Positions 1 to 7,170 of a stretch of 18,418 bases of DNA are shown piece by piece; within the stretch, counting starts at the first letter, position 1; the number at the start of each line of letters is the position of its first letter. The DNA is from a virus. Lineage: Duplodnaviria; Heunggongvirae; Uroviricota; Caudoviricetes. The notes under the pieces are model-generated. The model saw nothing but the letters and a program-made list of their open reading frames with translations, did not search any database and was not told the origin of the DNA. The stretch lies in IMG/VR virus record IMGVR_UViG_3300031884_000008; one strand, written 5' to 3'. The position numbers and the translations under genes are program-made.

Positions 1-1
1 A

Positions 2-499
2 GGAACTTATTCCTGCTCTAAAATATCACAACACTGTCCGGGTTATTTAGAGAAACATTCCGAAAGAATTAAAGAACACTGGCAAAGACCGGAAGCAGTA
101 GCTAGAAAAGAAGAAACTGCAAGGTCACTACGAAAACGTTTACACAATAATGAAAATTATGAAAAGGTGTCTAATACTAGACGCAAAAAGTTTGGAACAT
201 ACGATCCGGAACGAGCGGTAGATTATCGCCACTACGCCCGGCTTGTCCGGGCTCGGGCCCAAAAATGGGCTACTGAAAATGGGCATGTTTTGGGAAAACA
301 GACTTATCATGTTGATCATCGGTTTAGTGTATTAGACGCATGGAAGAACAACTTACCGGAGCATATAGTTAATCACCCTGCCAATCTTCGCATACTTGAA
401 GCAAGGGTAAACTCAAGTAAAGGGTCAAAAAGCGAGTTGACTCTTGACGAATTATATACTATGATCGAAGAACATGATACACGAAATGATGACACCTAA
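2..499 (+). CDS. HNH endonuclease (5'-truncated; frame open from the window edge)
   Basis: The frame of ORF 167..499 has no stop back to position 2 (GTYSCSKISQHCPGYLEKHSERIKEHW...), so the GTG at 167 is not the true start. The C-terminus has an HNH signature: YHVDHRFS...HPANLRILEARVNSSKGSK. Confidence 0.75.
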   Translation, partial: GTYSCSKISQHCPGYLEKHSERIKEHWQRPEAVARKEETARSLRKRLHNNENYEKVSNTRRKKFGTYDPERAVDYRHYARLVRARAQKWATENGHVLGKQTYHVDHRFSVLDAWKNNLPEHIVNHPANLRILEARVNSSKGSKSELTLDELYTMIEEHDTRNDDT

Positions 500-561
500 G
501 CAAGTGCTTTCTAGGAACAAAATTTTAGAAGTTGACGTTCAAGTTTCCATAATGGAACAAA

Positions 562-909
562 ATGCGTAATCACATTCGAGAAATGTGTGAAAAGCATTTC
601 AACGAACCAGTACTGGTAGACACTGAGGTTGTGCGGTTGATTGGATACGCCGAAGACAAACACGATGCCTATCTGATCATGAAAAAGGCAGACGGATCTG
701 TCTACTGGCACAGTGCAGTAGGTGGATACATATTTCTTGATTGCCTAAAAAGTCAAGGATATGTCATCTCAACTGAGGGTGAACCGTGGGATGATTTTTA
801 CAGGTTGGACTGCCAGTTGGAGTTTAGCAGTTGTCCCAAAGAAAAAGAATTCTTAATAGACCTGAGACCAGAGCAAGGTTGGGAATGGGAAACTGATGAC
901 AGTGAATGA
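562..909 (+). CDS. hypothetical protein, 115 aa
   Basis: ATG-started ORF with protein-like composition, overlapping the next gene by 14 nt. No recognisable motif. Confidence 0.7.
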   Translation: MRNHIREMCEKHFNEPVLVDTEVVRLIGYAEDKHDAYLIMKKADGSVYWHSAVGGYIFLDCLKSQGYVISTEGEPWDDFYRLDCQLEFSSCPKEKEFLIDLRPEQGWEWETDDSE

Positions 910-1180
910 AGAAATTCTAGTTATTACAGCAGAAGAATGTGCCGAGGTAACACAGATAGTAACTAAATCACTTCGATTTGGTTTGGACTCTAACTTTACT
1001 GGTCCGACTAATAGACAGCTACTGGCTAATGAGTTAGGTGATCTATTGTGCATGGTAGACTTATTGGTATCACGAGGAATTATCTCAGCAGACCAACTAG
1101 AGATATCAAAGGCAGCTAAGCTAGAACGTCTAAAAATCTGGTCTAACATTTTTGCAGGAAAAGGAGATGAAATTAATTAA
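896..1180 (+). CDS. mazG: MazG-like nucleotide pyrophosphohydrolase (single domain)
   Basis: EECAEV...NELGDLLCMVDLL matches the EExxE...ELGD all-alpha NTP-PPase pattern; 94 aa. Confidence 0.8.
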   Translation: MTVNEEILVITAEECAEVTQIVTKSLRFGLDSNFTGPTNRQLLANELGDLLCMVDLLVSRGIISADQLEISKAAKLERLKIWSNIFAGKGDEIN

Positions 1181-1415
1181 CATTAGGTTAGTATTACAGG
1201 CCATCTGGGACGGTGTAAAGTGGTTACCTATTACAATTGGTGTTGTTGCGTTGATATTTAGTGAAATATATGCGTTAAGACATTTTGGATATGTTGCGAC
1301 CGCCATCATATTTGGACTGATAGTACTGATAACAGTCATTGTAGTTAGATATGTGCAACTATACGACGAAGACAAAATGGGTAAAGAAAAAATGATGGAT
1401 GTGTTAAAGCGATGA
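1167..1415 (+). CDS. small membrane protein with two predicted transmembrane segments
   Basis: Hydrophobic stretches WLPITIGVVALIFSEIYAL and FGYVATAIIFGLIVLITVIVV, then a charged tail. ATG 1167 (purine-rich GCAGGAAAAGGAG upstream) is preferred to TTG 1152. Confidence 0.65.
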   Translation: MKLINIRLVLQAIWDGVKWLPITIGVVALIFSEIYALRHFGYVATAIIFGLIVLITVIVVRYVQLYDEDKMGKEKMMDVLKR

Positions 1416-1909
1416 AATTAGAACTCTTAAAAGAAAACGATCCGCAACTATTAGAAGTTTCCGAATTATGGGATTTTGAAGTTGACGGTGATCCGACCGA
1501 TCTAGTAAAGGAAATGGTTCGTGTTCTAACTGAAAACGGGGGCGTCGGTCTTGCCGCTCCGCAGTGCGGAATTAAGAAGCGTATCTTTATCATGGGTAAC
1601 TTTACTAAGATGGTTGTCTGCATCAATCCAAAGATTGTCGCGTTATCAGAGGAACGAGACTTTTCGCTTGAAGGCTGTCTAAGCTTTCCTAATCTTTACC
1701 TTAAGGTAAAGAGGCCCGCCGGCGCCATGGTTGAATATCAAACGACCACAGGAGAAACCAAACAAGAAGAAATTTCTGGGTTTATGGCCCGTGTTTTCCT
1801 TCATGAGTATGATCATCTGATGGGAATAACATTTGATCAGCGTGTGGGTGATCTTAGTATGAAAATGGCTAAAGAAAAGAGAACCAAAGACGCAAAAAAA
1901 GGCCGCTAG
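1412..1909 (+). CDS. def: peptide deformylase
   Basis: All three PDF motifs are intact: GVGLAAPQ, EGCLS, HEYDH. Basic C-terminal tail. ATGA overlap with the upstream gene. Confidence 0.95.
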   Translation: MKLELLKENDPQLLEVSELWDFEVDGDPTDLVKEMVRVLTENGGVGLAAPQCGIKKRIFIMGNFTKMVVCINPKIVALSEERDFSLEGCLSFPNLYLKVKRPAGAMVEYQTTTGETKQEEISGFMARVFLHEYDHLMGITFDQRVGDLSMKMAKEKRTKDAKKGR

Positions 1910-2286
1910 GGCAAACGCTTAACCAGTGTGATGCTCTTTCTTTTAGCCCGCTTTTTAGTAAATTCAGTAATGCTAACTACGGGTCCGTGAAGAACGATCA
2001 AACTCTTGTTATTGAATGTTCGAATGTATGGTCTAAAGATAGCCCATTCTTCTTTGAGAAATATGTTGATGGGGATCGATCTATTCGATTCCCACCACCA
2101 TATATCACCTAATTCTAAAAACTTAGCTCGCAACTCAGACTGAACTATTGCACCATAGTCATAGAGCGTAGTGACCATATCATCCCTGTTTTGAATGATG
2201 CCCACATAATCTTGTTGCGCATAGGAACACACCGAAATAAACGGGTGATTTTCACTTAATTTCTTGAAAAATTCGTTGCTGCTCAT
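1906..2286 (-). CDS. hypothetical phage protein, 126 aa
   Basis: ATG-started ORF filling the gap between def and the next + gene, with a TAAATA motif 9 nt upstream and a basic C-terminus (KKRAKRK). Confidence 0.75.
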   Translation of the reverse strand: MSSNEFFKKLSENHPFISVCSYAQQDYVGIIQNRDDMVTTLYDYGAIVQSELRAKFLELGDIWWWESNRSIPINIFLKEEWAIFRPYIRTFNNKSLIVLHGPVVSITEFTKKRAKRKSITLVKRLP

Positions 2287-2295
2287 ACTATACTA

Positions 2296-2301
2296 TATTT
2301 A
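2296..2301 (-). promoter_or_regulatory. putative late promoter (TAAATA)
   Basis: TAAATA on the minus strand, 9 nt before ATG 2286; same motif recurs upstream of most structural genes here and resembles T4 late TATAAATA. Confidence 0.55.
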
Positions 2302-2342
2302 CACTATTTTGCCCAAAGATAATATTTTCATATTTCTAAGAC

Positions 2343-2348
2343 TAAATA
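2343..2348 (+). promoter_or_regulatory. putative late promoter (TAAATA)
   Basis: Intergenic TAAATA 26 nt before ATG 2375, divergent from the 2296..2301 motif. Confidence 0.6.
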
Positions 2349-2374
2349 TATGATGATAGGGATAACAAGTAACC

Positions 2375-3154
2375 ATGGCTTATAGTACTCAAGTATTCGT
2401 GTATGTCCAACGCCAGATTGTTGTCCTACTAGTAGGTAACTCAGCGAGAATATACATGCCCCAGTACGCCAAACCACTAACGCTACACAGAGGTGTGGAC
2501 AATAAAATCCAATTTCAGTTTCTCAATCAGGAACAAAAGCCCGTCGACATTACAGGTAAATCAATCACCTGCAGAGTTATCAGCTATGACGGTAATGCTG
2601 TATTAATTAACAAAGCCTTAGATTTGGATCTTCCTCTTACTGGAATTGCGTCTTTGAATTTAAATGCGGCTGACATCGAGGACATTCCTGCGCAGAAATG
2701 TCACTATTCTCTAGAGATTCCTATCGGAGACTTCGGATATCCGGTCTTCGTGGATCAAAATGCAGGCGCAAGGGGCGATATGAATATTGTCAATTCTGTG
2801 CTTCCTGCATTTGTCCCTTCATCCAATGTTACTATTCCGTCTGGTCAAGCCTTTCCTAATCTAAACAATAATGCTGAATGGTCTGTTCCTGCGAATTCAA
2901 GAGCATACTATAGTAGTGTCATAAACACAGAAGACAATCCTATACTCACTATACAGGCTAGCTATGACCAATACAATGGTGATGTGACAATTGAAGGATC
3001 TACCCAACCTGACGCTGATTGGTATCCTATTCTTAACAATACATACGAGGATGTTACTGATACTTTTGGATACACTATAAAAGGTTTCCATCCGTTTGTT
3101 CGTATGGTATTTTCTAGCAACGCCGGCGCGGTCACCAATATTCTATCTCGCTAA
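2375..3154 (+). CDS. putative virion structural protein (BppU N-terminal/Ig-like beta fold resemblance)
   Basis: KPLTLHRGVDNKIQFQFLNQEQKPVDITGKSITCRV...GIASLNL recalls baseplate-upper-protein N-terminal domains; beta-rich; late motif upstream. Confidence 0.5.
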   Translation: MAYSTQVFVYVQRQIVVLLVGNSARIYMPQYAKPLTLHRGVDNKIQFQFLNQEQKPVDITGKSITCRVISYDGNAVLINKALDLDLPLTGIASLNLNAADIEDIPAQKCHYSLEIPIGDFGYPVFVDQNAGARGDMNIVNSVLPAFVPSSNVTIPSGQAFPNLNNNAEWSVPANSRAYYSSVINTEDNPILTIQASYDQYNGDVTIEGSTQPDADWYPILNNTYEDVTDTFGYTIKGFHPFVRMVFSSNAGAVTNILSR

Positions 3155-3167
3155 GTTACCGTATTAC

Positions 3168-3195
3168 TTGAGTTTTACTCAGTAAGTGTTACAAT
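3168..3195 (+). promoter_or_regulatory. sigma70-type promoter for primase-helicase operon
   Basis: TTGAGT (3168-3173), 16-nt spacer, TACAAT (3190-3195) preceded by TGT (extended -10). ATG begins 7 nt after the -10. Confidence 0.6.
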
Positions 3196-3201
3196 ACCTT
3201 T

Positions 3202-4179
3202 ATGTTTAATATTCTGTCAGTAATTCCGGGAAAAAAGAAGACTACCGGTAGTGGCTGGATTAGCTTTAATGCACCGTGCTGTCATCATCGCGGTCATAAA
3301 GCAGATAAACGTATGCGCGGCGGAATCAAGTTTATAACAGACGTTAACTGGTCGTTTCATTGCTTTAACTGCGATTACAAGTGCGGATTTACCTTAGGTA
3401 AACAAATTAGTAAGAATCTACGACAATTATTGCTTTGGTGCGGTGTCGGTGACAGTGAGATTACTAAATGGAATTTTGAGAGCCTTCAGCATCGAGATTT
3501 AGTAGACCTATATACGATAAAGAAAAATCTCAAGAAAGTAAGATTTAATGAGATACCGCTACCACAAAATGCTATAATGATTGATTCTGCCTGTCCTGAG
3601 CATAAACCTTTTATAGACTATCTTTCCACAAGAGGATTTCAACCAAACGATTATCCATTTTTAATCACTCCTAAAGATGAAGGTAGAAATGCTAATAGAA
3701 TTATCATTCCATATACTTTCAATAATAAAGTTGTCGGTCATATAAGCAGATATCTAGATGACAGATTTCCCAAATATATTAAGGAGCAACAACCCGGATT
3801 CGTATTTGGCTTCGACTTACAAAAACCAGAATGGGAAGTATGTATCGTTGTTGAGGGCATATTTGACGCACTCAGTATCAATGGCTGCGCACTAACTCAT
3901 GATACTATAAGCGACGAACAAGCAGAGGTTCTTCGTCGCCTTAATAAACGTATTATTGTAGTTCCTGATTTGGATAAGACAGGGCTAGCTATATGTGACC
4001 GAGCGCTAGATTTGGGTTTTCAGGTGAGTATACCAAATTGGGCCGAAGGAATAAAAGACACCAATGATGCTGTTAGAAAGTATGGAAGACTTCCTACTCT
4101 GCTAAGTATATTGCAAAGCGCAACTACTAGCAAAATCAAGCTTAAGATGCAACGGAGAACGCTTGACAAAAGAATATAA
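3202..4179 (+). CDS. gp61: DNA primase (T4 gp61-like, DnaG-type Toprim)
   Basis: N-terminal Zn finger (CCHHRGH...HCFNC), Toprim motifs VEGIFDA and VVPDLDKTG, and KDTNDAV; directly upstream of the helicase. Confidence 0.92.
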   Translation: MFNILSVIPGKKKTTGSGWISFNAPCCHHRGHKADKRMRGGIKFITDVNWSFHCFNCDYKCGFTLGKQISKNLRQLLLWCGVGDSEITKWNFESLQHRDLVDLYTIKKNLKKVRFNEIPLPQNAIMIDSACPEHKPFIDYLSTRGFQPNDYPFLITPKDEGRNANRIIIPYTFNNKVVGHISRYLDDRFPKYIKEQQPGFVFGFDLQKPEWEVCIVVEGIFDALSINGCALTHDTISDEQAEVLRRLNKRIIVVPDLDKTGLAICDRALDLGFQVSIPNWAEGIKDTNDAVRKYGRLPTLLSILQSATTSKIKLKMQRRTLDKRI

Positions 4180-5572
4180 CATAGACGTACAGACGCTCTT
4201 TCTACGTATGATGGTAACCAACGCCGAGTTATATACTCGCGTCATAAACATCATGAATCCAAATAATTTTGATAGGACGCTGAGAGCATCCGCAGAATTC
4301 TTGGTAGAACACGCTACCAAATATAATGTTATGCCGGATCCTATTCAGATCAAGGCTACGACTGGTGTTAGCATAGAACCTATACCAGAGCTTACTGATG
4401 GACACTATGATTGGTTTCTAGAAGAATTCGAATCATTCACTAAGAGACAAGAGCTTGAGCGAGCCATTCTTAAAGCAGCGGATATGCTAGAGAAGGGCGA
4501 CTTTAATCCAATTGAAAAATTAATAAAAGATGCTATTCAGATTTCATTGCAACGAGATATGGGTACAGACTACTTTGCTGATCCAAAAGAGCGACTAAAC
4601 AAATACTTCAATGCAGGTGGTCAAGTAAGCACAGGTTGGCCACAGCTTGATCGTGTCATGTATGGTGGCATGAGTCGAGGAGAGTTGAACATCTTTGCAG
4701 GTGGTTCGGGCTCGGGTAAATCATTGGTGATGATGAATCTGGCTCTAAACTGGCTACAGCAAGGGTTAAGCGGAGTATACATAACGCTAGAACTATCAGA
4801 AGAATTGACTTCGCTACGTACTGATGCCATGTTGACTAGCATGAGTACAAAAGATATTCGAAAGGATATGGATACTGCTGAGCTAAAAGTCAAGATGGTT
4901 GCTAGAAAGTCTGGTAAGTATCGTGTTAAGGGTCTTCCGGCACAGTCTAACGTAAATGATATTCGAAGCTATCTAAAAGAAGTTCAGATTCAGACTGGCA
5001 TCAAAGTAGATTTTGTGATGATCGATTATCTCGATCTAGTCATGCCAGTCTCCGTAAAAGTAAATCCTAATGATCAGTTTATCAAGGACAAGTATGTTTC
5101 AGAAGAACTACGTAATCTAGCTAAGGAATTAGGTGTTCTGATGGTTACGGCATCGCAGTTGAATCGTTCGGCAGTTGAAGAAATTGAGTTCGATCACTCA
5201 CACATTGCTGGTGGTATTTCAAAGATCAACACAGCAGACTATGTGTTTGGTATTTTCACTTCCAGGTCAATGCGTGAACGCGGAAAGTATCAAATTCAGT
5301 GTATGAAGTCTCGTAGTTCCACTGGAGTGGGTCAAAAGATCGACTTAGAATATAACATCGAAACCATGAGAATAACCGACGAAGATCCAGAAAATGATTA
5401 CAAACCACAACCGTCTGCTAATGACATTATCAGTAAAATAAAAACAACTAGCCAAGTTGGCTCAGTAGACGCAGCGGTACATGCAACTGTAGAAGCAGCA
5501 CCAAAGCACGTAGTTGCAGATGTCAAATCTGCACAATTAAAATCGTTGTTAAATTCTCTCAAGAAATCATAA
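4163..5572 (+). CDS. gp41: replicative DNA helicase (DnaB / T4 gp41-like, SF4)
   Basis: Walker A GGSGSGKS, Walker B MIDYLDL, TASQLNRS, INTADYVFGI and MKSRS arginine-finger region. TTG start with GGAG at 4154-4157. Confidence 0.95.
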   Translation: MTKEYNIDVQTLFLRMMVTNAELYTRVINIMNPNNFDRTLRASAEFLVEHATKYNVMPDPIQIKATTGVSIEPIPELTDGHYDWFLEEFESFTKRQELERAILKAADMLEKGDFNPIEKLIKDAIQISLQRDMGTDYFADPKERLNKYFNAGGQVSTGWPQLDRVMYGGMSRGELNIFAGGSGSGKSLVMMNLALNWLQQGLSGVYITLELSEELTSLRTDAMLTSMSTKDIRKDMDTAELKVKMVARKSGKYRVKGLPAQSNVNDIRSYLKEVQIQTGIKVDFVMIDYLDLVMPVSVKVNPNDQFIKDKYVSEELRNLAKELGVLMVTASQLNRSAVEEIEFDHSHIAGGISKINTADYVFGIFTSRSMRERGKYQIQCMKSRSSTGVGQKIDLEYNIETMRITDEDPENDYKPQPSANDIISKIKTTSQVGSVDAAVHATVEAAPKHVVADVKSAQLKSLLNSLKKS

Positions 5573-5575
5573 ATA
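5570..5575 (+). promoter_or_regulatory. putative late promoter (TAAATA) overlapping the helicase stop codon
   Basis: TAA of the helicase is the first half of TAAATA; AGGA at 5584-5587 and ATG 5598 follow. Confidence 0.55.
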
Positions 5576-5597
5576 CTGTCAGTAGGATCTTTACCCA

Positions 5598-5846
5598 ATG
5601 CAAAAGAAAACAAAAAGCCTTCTTGAGGAATTACAAGCATATGGTGAAAACCGTGATGTCAATCATATTATTGAGTCTCGGGCTTCCAATATTATTACCA
5701 GTGCTATCAATCTAATTGAATTGATGAATCGTAATTATTCTCCTGAAAAAGCAGAATTTCTTGAAAAGAAATTGCTTAGCGCTATCAAAGGTAAAGATCA
5801 AGCAAGATTTTCGAAGTCCATAAGGAGGAATCATGAAGATAAATGA
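5598..5846 (+). CDS. hypothetical helical protein, 82 aa
   Basis: ATG with AGGA upstream; amphipathic charged sequence; overlaps next gene by 14 nt. Confidence 0.75.
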   Translation: MQKKTKSLLEELQAYGENRDVNHIIESRASNIITSAINLIELMNRNYSPEKAEFLEKKLLSAIKGKDQARFSKSIRRNHEDK

Positions 5847-7170
5847 GTTTAATTCACCTAAGCAAGTAGATGAGGGTCTATTGAGCAACGTATTTGGAGA
5901 TTACGGAGCATCTACTATTACGAATACACTCGGTAAGTACGCTGAGCCAATGATGAAACGGGCACAACAGAATTTAACCCAGAAAAACTTCATCAATAGC
6001 TTTCTTAAGAGTGCATCAACGGCTTTGGCTAATGTAGCTGCTCCTGCCACTAGGGTATCAGCAGCACCAGCTGCCCCGACAGGGTCTGCGGGTCCAACAG
6101 CAGCATCTTCTGCCCCGACAGGGTCTGCGGGTCCAACAGCAGCATCTTCTGCCCCGACTGCTGCAACTGCAACTACACAAAATACAGCATCCACAGACCC
6201 TTATGAAAACCTTAAAGGACAAGTACGTAGTATTCAACCTACACCAAATGCAAAGCCTCTTCCGGCTAATATGGTTGCAAGCTTGCAAGGAGATATGCAA
6301 AAATTAGCTAAGGGTGATAAGGAAAGTGGCGCCTTTGCTGCTAATAAGATTTTAAAATTTGCAAATGCTGGATACGATGTCAGTAAGCTAGCACCAGCAT
6401 GGACAGCAAGCAGCAAGGCAGGTGAAAGGTTCTTGACCCAGAGTGTATATCGCGCTATAAGTAAAATGCTTAAGGAACACGGACTGGTTTGGGCTAATCT
6501 AGGTCTTCGTATTAGGTTGACTGAAAGTGTTAAAGGATCTGGAGTCTTTATAAGCACTTGCAAGCCAGTTTCCGTCGTAGTCTCACCGTATGATAGATTA
6601 AATTACGTACTTGAAAGTATCATATCAGAATATGATCCTACTTTGGCTAGAACTACCGGCAATGCACCAAAACCAACTGCGCCTAAAGCGGTTAATACTC
6701 CTAGATTCGGCACAAAGCCTGCGTCATCGGCCGCCGCACCAAAGACGGTAGCGCCACAGGCCGCCGCACCAAAGACGGTAGCGCCACAGGCCGCCGCACC
6801 AAAGACGGCGCCACCACAACCCGCTGCCCCTAAAGGAAAACCTTCTCAGATATTGAATAGCTGGTTTTATAACTATATGCACGGAGTAAACATTAATGAT
6901 AACCAACAAAAGCTAATCAGTGATTTACTTAGCCAAGTAGATGCTACGTATAGCAAAGACAAGGGCAATGAAGCACTCCAAAAATTGGCATTATTAGCGT
7001 TCAAACTTACAGCCGCAGCTAAACCTGAATTAATAAAAAATACCCCATCTACATCAGGGTCACTCTCTACTTCTTCGGAACAAATAAAGGCCTCGTTGGA
7101 CTCACTAAAAAACAAAAACCCAGCTGAATATAAAAAAATTATAGCAGACATTAATCAAACAGCACAATGA
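5833..7170 (+). CDS. Ala/Pro/Thr-rich multidomain protein, candidate internal head protein
   Basis: Strong SD AAGGAGG; starts MKINEF...VDEG; two low-complexity linkers built from tandem repeats. Confidence 0.7.
   Translation: MKINEFNSPKQVDEGLLSNVFGDYGASTITNTLGKYAEPMMKRAQQNLTQKNFINSFLKSASTALANVAAPATRVSAAPAAPTGSAGPTAASSAPTGSAGPTAASSAPTAATATTQNTASTDPYENLKGQVRSIQPTPNAKPLPANMVASLQGDMQKLAKGDKESGAFAANKILKFANAGYDVSKLAPAWTASSKAGERFLTQSVYRAISKMLKEHGLVWANLGLRIRLTESVKGSGVFISTCKPVSVVVSPYDRLNYVLESIISEYDPTLARTTGNAPKPTAPKAVNTPRFGTKPASSAAAPKTVAPQAAAPKTVAPQAAAPKTAPPQPAAPKGKPSQILNSWFYNYMHGVNINDNQQKLISDLLSQVDATYSKDKGNEALQKLALLAFKLTAAAKPELIKNTPSTSGSLSTSSEQIKASLDSLKNKNPAEYKKIIADINQTAQ
6071..6158 (+). repeat. in-frame 39-bp tandem repeat, about 2.3 perfect copies
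   Basis: CTGCCCCGACAGGGTCTGCGGGTCCAACAGCAGCATCTT starts at 6071 and 6110, with a partial copy at 6149; encodes APTGSAGPTAASS. Confidence 0.95.
6729..6808 (+). repeat. in-frame 30-bp tandem repeat, about 2.7 perfect copies
   Basis: GGCCGCCGCACCAAAGACGGTAGCGCCACA starts at 6729 and 6759, with a partial copy at 6789; encodes AAAPKTVAPQ. Confidence 0.95.

Noticed and set aside
532-557. TTGACG...CATAAT promoter and TTCCAT-A-ATGGAA palindrome before ORF 562
   Set aside because: The spacer is only 10 nt and the 6-bp inverted repeat is too short to support alone; a promoter may exist but cannot be placed.
4163-4191. Perfect TTGACA as a sigma70 -35
   Set aside because: No -10 hexamer at 16-18 nt spacing; the sequence is explained as the helicase start codon and second codon.
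6071-6808. Tandem repeats as a CRISPR array
   Set aside because: Units are contiguous with no unique spacers, lengths are multiples of 3 and they lie in frame within a CDS.
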